A stretch of DNA of 49,489 bases, taken from Methanosuratincolales archaeon. GTDB lineage: Archaea > Thermoproteota > Methanomethylicia > Methanomethylicales > Methanomethylicaceae. The stretch is from NCBI GenBank assembly GCA_014361445.1, contig JACIVQ010000004.1:1-49489 (forward strand), read 5' to 3'. The notes under the pieces were generated by a model that was not told the origin of the DNA, ran no database searches, and saw only the letters and a list, made by a program, of their open reading frames with translations. Positions 18,868 to 28,348 of this stretch are shown here, one piece after another. The first letter of the stretch is position 1. Each line of letters begins with the position of its first letter. The position numbers were made by a program, and so were the translations under genes.

Positions 18868-19398
18868 ATGGCCTTGGAATTTCTCTCAGATCTTTATATT
18901 TCACTTGTAGCCTCCCTGTCTGCGCTGTTGGGTCCTGCCAAGGACTTCCCATTCTCTGCACTTACCATCCTCATCATATCCGTTGGGATGGCTTTAATCT
19001 CATCAGCGGTGACCCGTGCAGTGACAGATGTAGAACAAATGAGGCGAAGGATGGTTGAGGTGAGGGAATGGCAGAGCGCATACACAAAGGCTCTGCGCTC
19101 CAAAGATCAGAAGCAGATAGATAAACTTAAGAAAAAGGAGGCTACCATAAAGCGTGCCCAAGCCGAGATGATGCGAGAGCAGTTCAAGCCCCTCATATTC
19201 ACCATGGTCCCCTTCATAATCTTCTTCTACCTGTTTAATGGCGTATTTGGGTACAGCCAGATTACGGTGGCTATTTCCCCGATTGACCTCCCCGTGATCG
19301 GGACCAAATTCACCTTCTGGACATGGTACATTATAACTTCCTTCAGCTTCTCCGCCCTAATCCAGAGGTTGTTCAACCTCCCTTCAGCCTCTGACTGA
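18868..19398 (+). CDS. DUF106 (EMC3/TMCO1, Oxa1 superfamily) membrane protein
   Basis: TM, coiled coil, QFKP..T..P, WY...S; conserved position after adk. Confidence 0.88.
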   Translation: MALEFLSDLYISLVASLSALLGPAKDFPFSALTILIISVGMALISSAVTRAVTDVEQMRRRMVEVREWQSAYTKALRSKDQKQIDKLKKKEATIKRAQAEMMREQFKPLIFTMVPFIIFFYLFNGVFGYSQITVAISPIDLPVIGTKFTFWTWYIITSFSFSALIQRLFNLPSASD

Positions 19399-19431
19399 AA
19401 TCCTTATTTTGTTTTTGAAGACAAATTATGT

Positions 19432-20007
19432 GTGGTGCTCTCTTTGAGGTCTTTGGATAGCCTACTGATCACCATAAGCGGACCTGCTGGGTCCGGTAAA
19501 TCGCACTGCGCCTCAAAATTGGCCGAGTTGTATGGGATACCGTGCCACTCAGTGGGGTCGATCTTCAGGACGATGGCCTCAGAGCGCGGTCTCTCGGTGG
19601 AGGAATTTTCGAGGTTGGCAGAGAGAGACCCCACAATAGACCAGGAACTGGATCGCCGAACCTCAGAGATTGCTAGCAAGGGTGGGCAGATCATAGAAGG
19701 CCGTCTGGTATCATTCTTTTCCAAGTCGTTTCCCAACACCCTTAGGTTTTATCTGATGGCCCCCTTCGAGGAGAGGGTGAAGAGGATCGCCACACGCGAG
19801 GGTATACCTTTTGACGTTGCTGAAGTCCGCACCCGTATGAGAGAGGAGAGCGAGAGGCAAAGGTACAAATCTCTTTACAACATAGACATAGATGACCTTT
19901 CGGTCTATGACTTTGTCATAAACACGTCAAAGTGGGACAAAGAGTCTGTGGTACTCTTACTAAAAGAGATTATCGATCTATACCTTAAAACGTCCAGTAA
20001 AGAATAA
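19432..20007 (+). CDS. cmk: Cytidylate kinase
   Basis: ITISGPAGSGKS, GSIFR..A.ERG, IEGRL, RE.SE..RY..LY.ID; start uncertain. Confidence 0.93.
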   Translation: MVLSLRSLDSLLITISGPAGSGKSHCASKLAELYGIPCHSVGSIFRTMASERGLSVEEFSRLAERDPTIDQELDRRTSEIASKGGQIIEGRLVSFFSKSFPNTLRFYLMAPFEERVKRIATREGIPFDVAEVRTRMREESERQRYKSLYNIDIDDLSVYDFVINTSKWDKESVVLLLKEIIDLYLKTSSKE

Positions 20008-20054
20008 GGGTCTCAACACTCAATATTTGTAATAATTAAATACTACTAAGGTGC

Positions 20055-21032
20055 ATGGTGTTATTTTTGGAAAACTCAAACACACTCATTAAAGGGGAAG
20101 AACTCACAGATCCAAGGTACGGATGGGTACCAAGATCCCGTCCTCTCAAAGAATATTTGGAGACAGGTGTGATAAACCTCGACAAGCCGCCAGGTCCTAG
20201 TAGTCATGAGGTCGTCGCTTGGGTCAAGCGCCTCCTCTCAATTTCAAGGGCTGGGCACGGGGGCACGCTGGACCCAAAGGTGACGGGCGTCCTACCGATA
20301 ACACTAGGTAGATCTACTAGGATAATCTCGTTCATTATGAAGTCTGGTAAAGAGTACATCACCCTAATGGAGCTTCATGGGGATGTCGACGATGATCGAC
20401 TTCACCAGGTTGTTAAGGAATTTGTAGGACCCATATATCAGCTTCCCCCCGTCAGGTCCTCGGTAAAGAGAGCCCTCAGGGTCCGAACAATAAACTCCAT
20501 AAAAATACTTGAAAGGGAAGGGAAGTTTGTTTTGATGAGGGTCGATTGCGAGGCTGGCACTTACATTAGAAAACTCTGCCATGACATCGGCGAAGTCTTA
20601 GGATGCGGGGCCCACATGAGGGAGTTGAGGCGGACTCGGGCAGGTCCATTTAAAGAAGATAGTGGATGTGTAACCCTTCATTCGCTCCTTGACGCCATAA
20701 CTCTATGGAAGGATTCTGGCGATGAGTCCCTTCTCCGCCGCGCGGTTACACCAATAGAAGATGCATTAATAGGCATGCCAAAGGTTTATGTTAGGGACTC
20801 CGCCGTGGACGCCCTCTGCCATGGGGCTGATCTCGCCTCTCCAGGCGTGTTGAAATTAGACAAAAACATAAGAAAAGGGGGCACGGTATGTATTATGACC
20901 TTGAAGGGAGAGCTCGTCGCATTGGGTGTTGCTGAAATGTCCAGCGAGGAGATCTTAAAATCTGACCATGGGATTGTTGTGAAAACTAGGAGAGTTGTAA
21001 TGGAGCCTGGCACCTACCCGAAGAGGTGGTGA
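20055..21032 (+). CDS. cbf5: H/ACA and tRNA pseudouridine synthase Cbf5 (TruB family), intron-less
   Basis: LDKPPGPSSHEV, GHGGTLDPKVTGVL, CEAGTYIR, PUA domain. Confidence 0.96.
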   Translation: MVLFLENSNTLIKGEELTDPRYGWVPRSRPLKEYLETGVINLDKPPGPSSHEVVAWVKRLLSISRAGHGGTLDPKVTGVLPITLGRSTRIISFIMKSGKEYITLMELHGDVDDDRLHQVVKEFVGPIYQLPPVRSSVKRALRVRTINSIKILEREGKFVLMRVDCEAGTYIRKLCHDIGEVLGCGAHMRELRRTRAGPFKEDSGCVTLHSLLDAITLWKDSGDESLLRRAVTPIEDALIGMPKVYVRDSAVDALCHGADLASPGVLKLDKNIRKGGTVCIMTLKGELVALGVAEMSSEEILKSDHGIVVKTRRVVMEPGTYPKRW

Positions 21033-21037
21033 TCTCG

Positions 21038-21670
21038 ATGTATAAGAATGAGCCTCTCTCCTCCCATTACTTCACTAAGCCAAAGACCAAAAAACCAAGA
21101 AAATACAATATACGCTTCGACTTCAAAGGTCACACGATCTCCTTGGTGAGTGGCAGCGGGGTATTCTCAAAGGATCACGTTGATCTGGGTACTCTCGTCC
21201 TCCTCGAAAGTGTTTCATTACCTGACGAGGGCGAAGTTCTTGACATGGGATGCGGTTACGGAGCTCTGGGCATTGCCATCGCAAAATCACGACCAAAGCT
21301 CAAAGTGACAATGGTGGACATAAACCCTTTAGCCGTGAAACTAGCCCGCGAAAATATAGAAATAAACCAGATATCCAACGCAACGGTACTCCGAAGCGAC
21401 CTTTACTCTCAATTGGAGGGTAAAAAATTCGACATTATATTCTCAAATCCTCCTTTAGCAGCAGGCTATAAGACCATATTCCCCATGATTGAAGGCGCAA
21501 AAGCTTTCCTCAAAGAGGGCGGCTCCCTAGTCCTTGTCCTAAGAAAGGGAACCAATGCCATCCCCAAGAAGATGAGGGAGGTATTTGATAATGTGGCACT
21601 CATATCTAGGAAGAGCGGCTATAAAGTGTTCTTGTCTATTAAAACAACAAATCAACCAAAAAGCCCTTAA
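21038..21670 (+). CDS. Class I SAM-dependent methyltransferase (RsmC/MTS-like)
   Basis: HYF, GVFS...D.GT, VLDMGCGYG, SNPP. Confidence 0.88.
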   Translation: MYKNEPLSSHYFTKPKTKKPRKYNIRFDFKGHTISLVSGSGVFSKDHVDLGTLVLLESVSLPDEGEVLDMGCGYGALGIAIAKSRPKLKVTMVDINPLAVKLARENIEINQISNATVLRSDLYSQLEGKKFDIIFSNPPLAAGYKTIFPMIEGAKAFLKEGGSLVLVLRKGTNAIPKKMREVFDNVALISRKSGYKVFLSIKTTNQPKSP

Positions 21671-21760
21671 CACCCCAAACCAGCAAAACTTATGAGTAAC
21701 ATTCTAGTCACATAAACTCGACCCGACAAGGCCGAGGTCTCCTAGTCTGGTAGGGAGCAG

Positions 21761-21777
21761 ACGTATGATCGGCTCAA
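21761..21777 (+). other. tRNA intron 1, 17 nt, non-canonical position 29/30
   Basis: BHB: agg-GAGC-ag^a-cg..cg-GCTC-aa^g-cct. Confidence 0.88.
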
Positions 21778-21785
21778 GCCTGGAG

Positions 21786-21798
21786 AGGATGCCTAGTC
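21786..21798 (+). other. tRNA intron 2, 13 nt, canonical position 37/38
   Basis: BHB: CTGG-ag^a-g(gatg)c-CTAG-tc^a, closed by the anticodon stem. Confidence 0.85.
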
Positions 21799-22017
21799 AG
21801 CCTGTGACTCGCAAGGGTCTCGGGGGTTCAAATCCCCCCCTCGGCGCCATTATTATGCCTATGAAATATGACAAAAATTGACTTACGCAAAAATCTTGTC
21901 ATTGCTCATCAGGGCTTTTTTTTCAAAAATGGGATGGCTGAAAATAAAACCAAAAGTACAGAGCTTTCGTTTAAACGTAAAAATGGATTTAAATAGGGTA
22001 CTTTACATAGTCTAACC

Positions 22018-22812
22018 ATGTACTATACTTTTGACATTGGACGTTTTCTCATTCGCCTAGGCAGAACCCTTTTTGGATTTTTTGGGAGAATGAAATCAGA
22101 TGTTTCTTCCCTTCAGATTTTATTTTCATTACTGAAGGATCACAATGTAATGGTGGACCAAATTCTCTCTTACTCTGCAGAAGACTGTGAGGATGAGCTA
22201 ACAATCTTGGCATTTTTGGACCTGACTGACGCAAACATCGACATGGAAAAGCTTATAGAAGAGATAGACAAAACCAAGATCTTCAAAGTTTTTGAGGTAA
22301 TTAAACCTGTAAGCGAGGGTTTTATAATAGATACATTATCCGCTCCGATAGTGGCTGGCAAGAACAGGGTGATCATCTTTAGGGATCTTGGTTATCGCCA
22401 ACTCCTGATTGAGATCCGCAAGCTATTTGGCACAGGGGGTGAAGCCCTGCTGTACCATGTGGGGTTTAATATGGGCTTGGGTTTTGCTAAACTCCACAGA
22501 GAAGTTGCGGATAAAATTGGCATTAACGACCCTGCCATGATTTATCAAAAAGTAAGTTGCAGGGCGTTCCAGTGGGCAGGTTTTGGCCGTAAGGAGGTAA
22601 TAGAGTTCTCTCCAAAACAAGCCATCATTCACGTGTATGACTCATTTGAATGCGAAATTGGGTGCCCCTCAGTGCGCCCCTACAGCCAACTAATTCGCGG
22701 TTTGATATCTGGGACCTTGGCAGAGCTCTTCAACAGTGCTTTCAACGTTACAGAAGACCTTTGTATTGCGAAGGGTGATCCATTTTGCCGGTTCAAAGTC
22801 ATTAGAAGATAA
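22018..22812 (+). CDS. V4R domain protein (possible ACT-like N-terminus)
   Basis: G..ALLYHVG..G, GFG, SFEC, RGLISG, E..CIAKGDPFCRF. Confidence 0.8.
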   Translation: MYYTFDIGRFLIRLGRTLFGFFGRMKSDVSSLQILFSLLKDHNVMVDQILSYSAEDCEDELTILAFLDLTDANIDMEKLIEEIDKTKIFKVFEVIKPVSEGFIIDTLSAPIVAGKNRVIIFRDLGYRQLLIEIRKLFGTGGEALLYHVGFNMGLGFAKLHREVADKIGINDPAMIYQKVSCRAFQWAGFGRKEVIEFSPKQAIIHVYDSFECEIGCPSVRPYSQLIRGLISGTLAELFNSAFNVTEDLCIAKGDPFCRFKVIRR

Positions 22813-22969
22813 TCATAAAAAAGATTCTTGATTAACGAATAGGAAATTTGCTTTCTACACAACAAAATTCGTACCATTCCCGATTTTCCCAAACACTAAG
22901 AAAATTAATGCTGCGAAACCTGAGTATCCCTTTTTGCCCCTCACTAGCAGCATTGCCTGTTGTCCAATC

Positions 22970-22987
22970 AAAAGAAATTCTTAAATA
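22970..22987 (+). promoter_or_regulatory. BRE/TATA promoter upstream of rps13
   Basis: aaaagaaatt-cttaaata. Confidence 0.55.
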
Positions 22988-23030
22988 CTTTTATTTTGTT
23001 CTTAATTTGCCTTAAAGTAGGAGATGTATC

Positions 23031-23501
23031 TTGAGCTCATCATACAGACATATCATCAGGATAATTGATACAGATCTGAAAGGGGAAGATAAAGTAGGGT
23101 ACGCCTTAGCTCGAATAAGGGGAATTGGGATCAACACTTCATACGCTATACTCAGAAGTTGTAATGTAGATCCTGAAACACGTGTTGGGCAACTTCAAGA
23201 CAGCGATATAAAGCGCATTGAGGAGGCTCTATCCACGATACCTGCCAGGTTCCCTCCTTACATGCTCAACCGGAGGAACGATCCATTCACAGGGAAGAAT
23301 CTACACTTGATGGGCTCAGATCTAGTTATTGGAATGAAGATGGATATCGATCACATGAAAAAGATCAAGTGTTGGAAGGGGATACGCCACTCTTTGGGCC
23401 TCAAGGTCCGTGGGCAGTGCACTAGGACCACTGGAAGGTTCGGCACTGCGGTCGGTGTCGTAAGAAAGGCTACACAACAACAGCAGCAAAAGAAGGAGTA
23501 G
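23031..23501 (+). CDS. rps13: 30S ribosomal protein uS13
   Basis: IRGIG, LNRR.D..TG, WKGIRH..GLKVRGQ.TRTTGR; TTG start. Confidence 0.97.
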   Translation: MSSSYRHIIRIIDTDLKGEDKVGYALARIRGIGINTSYAILRSCNVDPETRVGQLQDSDIKRIEEALSTIPARFPPYMLNRRNDPFTGKNLHLMGSDLVIGMKMDIDHMKKIKCWKGIRHSLGLKVRGQCTRTTGRFGTAVGVVRKATQQQQQKKE

Positions 23502-23513
23502 TGAGGTGTGAAT

Positions 23514-24017
23514 ATGGGCGATCCAAAGAAGAGCAGAAGGCGTTGGGAAGGACCACGGCACCCGTGGAAGAAAGAGAATCTCGAAAAAGAGATCGCTCTA
23601 GTTGGCAAATATGGTCTCAGGAACAAGAAAGAGCTCTGGGTTGCAAATTCGCTATTGAGAGCCTACAGAAAACAAGCAACATCAATACTCGGTCTTGAGG
23701 AGAGCGAGCGAGCAAAAAAAGAGAGGGAGCTCATTAAAAAACTCTCACGCTTGGGTCTTTTGGACGAGAATGCCGTTCTGGACGATGTTCTCGGTCTTAG
23801 CGTCGAGGACATTCTGGAGAGGCGTCTTCAGACGATGCTTGTAAAACTCAACCTTGCTAAGACGCCATACCAGGCTAGGCAACTCATAGTCCATGGTCAT
23901 GTTTATATTGGCGACAGACGGGTATCCGCCCCTGGCTACTTAGTGACCAAGGAAGAAGAGTCGATGATCAAGTGCGAGGCGGTCGTACCCGTCGAAACAC
24001 AAGTCAAAAAGGTGTAA
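23514..24017 (+). CDS. rps4: 30S ribosomal protein uS4
   Basis: MGDPKK, YGLRNKKELW, LERRLQT, ARQLIVHGH. Confidence 0.98.
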   Translation: MGDPKKSRRRWEGPRHPWKKENLEKEIALVGKYGLRNKKELWVANSLLRAYRKQATSILGLEESERAKKERELIKKLSRLGLLDENAVLDDVLGLSVEDILERRLQTMLVKLNLAKTPYQARQLIVHGHVYIGDRRVSAPGYLVTKEEESMIKCEAVVPVETQVKKV

Positions 24018-24023
24018 TAGGCT

Positions 24024-24425
24024 ATGTCTAAAGCAGATAAAGGAATAAAATGGGGCGTTGCAAACATCTACAGTTCTTACAATAACACCATAGTGCACAT
24101 CACGGACCTCACCGGTGCTGAGACGATAGCGTTTCAGTCGGGTGGAAGGATCGTGAAATCAGACCGAGAAAAGCCATCGCCATATGCTGCCATGGTGGCT
24201 GCAACGAGGGCCGCCCAAGCTGCCCTAGAGAAGGGCATCACTGGTATCCACATAAAAGTCAGGGCACCAGGAGGGCACAAAAGCAAAACTCCCGGACCGG
24301 GTGCCCAGGCTGCCATTAGGGCGCTGGCAAGGGCTGGAATGATGATCGGAAGAATAGAAGATGTCACACCAATCCCCCACGACACGACCAGAAGGCCTGG
24401 AGGCAGGAGGGGGAGAAGGGTCTAA
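24024..24425 (+). CDS. rps11: 30S ribosomal protein uS11
   Basis: [45 protein letters not shown]. Confidence 0.98.
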   Translation: MSKADKGIKWGVANIYSSYNNTIVHITDLTGAETIAFQSGGRIVKSDREKPSPYAAMVAATRAAQAALEKGITGIHIKVRAPGGHKSKTPGPGAQAAIRALARAGMMIGRIEDVTPIPHDTTRRPGGRRGRRV

Positions 24426-24481
24426 CCATTAAAGCTTAAATACCCTTCTTCATGTTTCAAAAACAACCTATGGGGATCAAT

Positions 24482-25288
24482 ATGGATATTGAGGTTCTCG
24501 GCTCTACTAACGATCAATTGAGCGTCATATTTAGGGGGGCTCAGCCCACTTTTGTAAATGCCATAAGGCGCATAATAATGGCGGAGATACCCATACCCGC
24601 CATAGAGAAGGTCTACGTGGCCGAGAACACAAGCGTCCTATACGACGAGATTTTGGCTCACAGGCTTGGTATGATCCCCATGAGAGGTGGCGAGACCCTT
24701 AATCCTCCAGATCGCTGTAGCTGTGGAGGGAAGGGTTGCAGCTTCTGTGAGTCCGTTCTGACACTTGAGGTAGAAGCAAAAGAGGACAATGAGATGGTGT
24801 ACTCAGGAAGACTCAAGGCAGAAGGATCTGTATTTCCAGCCAAAAATGACATACCTATAGTTAAGCTCAATAGCGGCCAAAAGATCGCTTTGGTAGCCCA
24901 CGCAAGACTAGGCACGGGTAAGGAGCACGCAAAGTGGCAGCCGGTCTCAATATGTGTCATAAAATACGAGCCAGTTATATTTGTTCAAGAAAATTGCGAC
25001 CTATGTGGTATATGCGTGGATCGCTGCCCACGAAAGATCCTCGAGATAAATGAAAATGAAAAGAAGCTCGTCGTAAGATCCATATGGGACTGTTCACTCT
25101 GTAAAGTGTGCAAGGAGGTCTGCCCTAAATCTGCAATAAAGATCTCCTATAATGATAGAACCTCACGTTTAACTATTGAGACCACGGGATCAAAGTCAAA
25201 CGAGGAGCTTCTAGTATCTGCCTTTGACTTTCTTATCAAAAAATGCGAGTCTTTGAGGAACTCAATTGGAGGCGCAGTAAATGGTTAA
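24482..25288 (+). CDS. rpoD: RNA polymerase subunit Rpo3 (D) with ferredoxin-like domain
   Basis: NAIRR..AEIP, NTSVLYDEILAHRLG.IP, G.GKEHAKWQP; two CxxCxxCxxxCP motifs. Confidence 0.96.
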   Translation: MDIEVLGSTNDQLSVIFRGAQPTFVNAIRRIIMAEIPIPAIEKVYVAENTSVLYDEILAHRLGMIPMRGGETLNPPDRCSCGGKGCSFCESVLTLEVEAKEDNEMVYSGRLKAEGSVFPAKNDIPIVKLNSGQKIALVAHARLGTGKEHAKWQPVSICVIKYEPVIFVQENCDLCGICVDRCPRKILEINENEKKLVVRSIWDCSLCKVCKEVCPKSAIKISYNDRTSRLTIETTGSKSNEELLVSAFDFLIKKCESLRNSIGGAVNG

Positions 25289-25646
25289 GCGAACATTACC
25301 TACAAACCCAAGGACGAGGCGAATAGTAAAAATACTCAGGAAGGCGTCCAGATCTCACAACGCAGAGATCTGGAGGGCACTATCAGAAGCCCTTTGCATC
25401 CCATCAAGGAGAAGGATCACGATCAATTTGAGCAAGATAGATAAACTTACAAATGAGGGAGACTGTGTAGCAGTTGCTGGTAAAGTGCTTGGCTTTGGAA
25501 ACCTCTCTAAGAAAGTAGACGTGGCTGCCCTCTCATTCAGCCAAACGGCGAAGGCTAAGATCGTTCAATCGGGTGGCAGAGCCCTCTCTTTGGATGTCCT
25601 TGTTAAACTAAATCCAAGGGGCAGAAATATCAAGATATTGAGGTGA
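25281..25646 (+). CDS. rpl18e: 50S ribosomal protein eL18
   Basis: TNP, IW, INLSKI, GKVLG.G, AALSFS..AK.KI. Confidence 0.96.
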   Translation: MVKRTLPTNPRTRRIVKILRKASRSHNAEIWRALSEALCIPSRRRITINLSKIDKLTNEGDCVAVAGKVLGFGNLSKKVDVAALSFSQTAKAKIVQSGGRALSLDVLVKLNPRGRNIKILR

Positions 25647-25650
25647 AACC

Positions 25651-26085
25651 ATGCCAGAGACCATTTATGTAGACGGAACAGACCTTAGACTGGGCAGAAT
25701 GGCAACAAGGGTAGCAAAGCATTTGATCAACGGCGACAAGGTCGTCATAGTTAATGTGGAAAAGATTGTGATTTCCGGCACCAGGGCTTCTGCCCTCAGC
25801 AAATATGAGCGTTGGATGAGTCTTAGAACTTACAAAAACCCAGAAAAGGTAGGTCCGAAGCAGCACAGAGGTCCAGACCGTCTGGTCCACTCTGCCATCA
25901 AAAATATGCTTCCAAAATCACCAATGGGTAAAGAAGCTCTCAAAAGGCTCAAAGTATACATAGGCGTCCCTGACGAGTTGAAGTCTGTAAAGTTCCAGCA
26001 ATTTGAGGAGGCCCATGTCAAAAACCTTCGAGGTCCATATGTAAGGATTGAAGAAGTATCTAAGAGTTTAGGATGGTGTGCATAA
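25651..26085 (+). CDS. rpl13: 50S ribosomal protein uL13
   Basis: LGRMA..VAK, VN.EK.VISG, MLP, LKVYIGVP. Confidence 0.97.
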   Translation: MPETIYVDGTDLRLGRMATRVAKHLINGDKVVIVNVEKIVISGTRASALSKYERWMSLRTYKNPEKVGPKQHRGPDRLVHSAIKNMLPKSPMGKEALKRLKVYIGVPDELKSVKFQQFEEAHVKNLRGPYVRIEEVSKSLGWCA

Positions 26086-26489
26086 TGGCGGAAAAAGTTA
26101 TTGTTGTAAGCGGCAAGAGAAAGACTGCGATAGCCAGAGGGGTCGCTCACAGCGGGAGTGGCAAAGTTCTAATAAATGGTATCCCCTTGGAGCTCTACAA
26201 ACCAGATGTGGCGAAATTAAAGATTATCGAACCTATAGAGGTTGTAGGTCACGATCTTTTGTCTAAACTAGATATCAACATTAACACCGAGGGCGGAGGT
26301 TTTATGGGCCAAGCAGAGGCTGCGAGGGTCGTGCTCTCCACCATACTTGCAGAGTTCGGAGGGGAAGCCATACGCAACAAACTCATGGCATACGACCGGC
26401 GCATGCTGGTGGAAGATCCAAGGAGAACCGAACCGAAGAAGTTTGGCGGTTACAGCGCAAGGAGAAGAAAACAGAAATCGTATAGGTGA
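26085..26489 (+). CDS. rps9: 30S ribosomal protein uS9
   Basis: [36 protein letters not shown]. Confidence 0.98.
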   Translation: MAEKVIVVSGKRKTAIARGVAHSGSGKVLINGIPLELYKPDVAKLKIIEPIEVVGHDLLSKLDININTEGGGFMGQAEAARVVLSTILAEFGGEAIRNKLMAYDRRMLVEDPRRTEPKKFGGYSARRRKQKSYR

Positions 26490-26494
26490 TGTTA

Positions 26495-26713
26495 TTGATA
26501 ATCCCTGTTCGATGTTTCACATGTGGAAAAGTCATAGGTGATAAATGGGAGGAGTTCAAGAAGGCCACACTCGGTGGTAAGAACCCTGCCGAGGTTTTGG
26601 ACTCCTTAGGGATAAAGAGGTACTGTTGCAGGAGGATGTTCCTCTCCCACATAGATCTAATGGATGAAGCCCTGCAATTCCACGTTCATAGGAAGGAGGA
26701 AGAAAATGTATAA
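26495..26713 (+). CDS. rpoN: RNA polymerase subunit Rpo10 (N)
   Basis: [24 protein letters not shown]; TTG start chosen after AGGTGA. Confidence 0.97.
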   Translation: MIIPVRCFTCGKVIGDKWEEFKKATLGGKNPAEVLDSLGIKRYCCRRMFLSHIDLMDEALQFHVHRKEEENV

Positions 26714-26783
26714 CGTAACACGCAAAGAAAAAATATAAAGAAGCAGACTTAATCAAATAAGCCATCTTAATAGGTGTTAACCC

Positions 26784-27437
26784 ATGTCCTCTCTTGAAAC
26801 TGCTGATCTCTTAATCCCCCTTGAAGTTTACCTAGCTGCGGGGATACACATAGGGACTCATGTAAAGACAAATGATATGCGTCCTTTTATTTACAGAGTT
26901 AGACCTGATGGTCTATATGTGCTTGATGTTAGGAAGACCGACGAAAGGTTGCGCATCGCCTCAAAATTTATTGCTAGGTTTAAAGGCGAGAAGGTCTATG
27001 CGGTCTCCGCAAGGCAATATGGGTTCAAGCCTGTGGAAAAATTCGCCTCCTTGATAGGCGGCAAGGCTCTAACTGGAAGGTTCATACCTGGGACTTTCAC
27101 AAACCCGAAACTCCCAACCTATGTGGAGCCTGAACTTTTGGTAGTAGCCGACCCAAGAGCCGACTGGCAAGCCATCCTGGAGTCTGCCGAGGTCGGCATT
27201 CCTGTTGTGGGGTTCTGCGACACAGATAACAGATCTCAGCTGATAGATCTCGTAATCCCCATCAACAATAAGGGGAGAAAGTCACTGGCTTTGGCTTATT
27301 GGCTACTCACGAGGCAGGTTCTTAGAGAGCGCGGCGAGCTGGCGCCCACTGCAGAGTTGCCCGCGACAATAGAAGACTTTGAGTCTAAAGTACTTGTAGC
27401 AGAGGAGGAGTACGGAGGATACGAGGTTGAAGGATAG
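26784..27437 (+). CDS. rps2: 30S ribosomal protein uS2
   Basis: [36 protein letters not shown]. Confidence 0.98.
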   Translation: MSSLETADLLIPLEVYLAAGIHIGTHVKTNDMRPFIYRVRPDGLYVLDVRKTDERLRIASKFIARFKGEKVYAVSARQYGFKPVEKFASLIGGKALTGRFIPGTFTNPKLPTYVEPELLVVADPRADWQAILESAEVGIPVVGFCDTDNRSQLIDLVIPINNKGRKSLALAYWLLTRQVLRERGELAPTAELPATIEDFESKVLVAEEEYGGYEVEG

Positions 27438-28275
27438 GAGACCTTCAGTAGCTGGGTCTTTTTATGAAAGTTCGGCAGATGCCATAAGGAACCAAATGAT
27501 ATGGTGTTTTCTCCACAGGATCGGTCCGAGATCGCTCCCTACTGGTATCGAGTCCACTGAAAGGCGTATACTGGCGCTCGTCTCCCCTCATGCCGGGTAC
27601 ATCTACTCTGGTCCAGTGGCTGCCCATGGCTACTACCAACTCTCAAAAGAGCCGGTACCTGAGGTTATAGTTATAATAGGCCCAAACCACACGGGCATGG
27701 GTGCTGGCATATCTGTTTGGGGAGAAGGGACGTGGAGCACCCCTTTGGGGAGGGTTCCTGTGGATGCAGACATTGCAGAGGATCTCGCCAATAAGGGCAT
27801 AGTCGAGATAGACCAAGAGGCCCACCTGTATGAACACTCCATAGAAGTTCAACTTCCTTTCCTTCAATTCATATATCAGAACAAAGAGTTCAAGATACTT
27901 CCTATATGCATGATGCTCCAAGACTACATGACATCTCTTGAGCTCGGAAACGCTCTTGCCGAATCTCTCAAAGGAAAGTCTTCCCTAATAGTGGCCAGCA
28001 CAGACTTCTCTCACTATGTCCCCTATTCAGAGGCCTACAGGAAAGATTCCTTGGTCAGCGAATGCATAGTAAAAATGGACGCAAAAGCCCTGAGCGAGAC
28101 CGTTATAAGGGAGAACGTGAGCATGTGCGGTCCAGGTCCAGTGATGGCCACGATTGTGGCAGCGAAAAGACTGGGCGCAAAAGAGTGCAGGAAACTCTGC
28201 TACGCAACCTCTGGCGATACGTGCGGCTCAAAGGACGAAGTCGTCGGTTATGGATCCTACATAATGGTCCTTTAG
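27427..28275 (+). CDS. MEMO1 family protein (AmmeMemoRadiSam protein B)
   Basis: [45 protein letters not shown]. Confidence 0.93.
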   Translation: MKDRRPSVAGSFYESSADAIRNQMIWCFLHRIGPRSLPTGIESTERRILALVSPHAGYIYSGPVAAHGYYQLSKEPVPEVIVIIGPNHTGMGAGISVWGEGTWSTPLGRVPVDADIAEDLANKGIVEIDQEAHLYEHSIEVQLPFLQFIYQNKEFKILPICMMLQDYMTSLELGNALAESLKGKSSLIVASTDFSHYVPYSEAYRKDSLVSECIVKMDAKALSETVIRENVSMCGPGPVMATIVAAKRLGAKECRKLCYATSGDTCGSKDEVVGYGSYIMVL

Positions 28276-28348
28276 CCTAAAAGGTGCGCTGTGATATACC
28301 GCACCCAAACCACAAAGATTAATTCCCTTCTCTTAAACAAAGTCTATC

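Larger units (their letters stand above)
21731..21849 (+). tRNA. tRNA-Ser(GGA) with two introns (29/30 and 37/38) and encoded CCA
   Basis: Acceptor GCCGAGG/CCTCGGC-G-CCA, anticodon stem CAGGC/GCCTG after intron removal, anticodon GGA at 21782-21784, long variable arm GACTC-GCAA-GGGTC, T arm GGGGG-TTCAAAT-CCCCC. Confidence 0.93.

Noticed and set aside
20240-20290. Known crenarchaeal cbf5 intron site near GHGGTLDP
   Set aside because: The frame is continuous and has no insertion.
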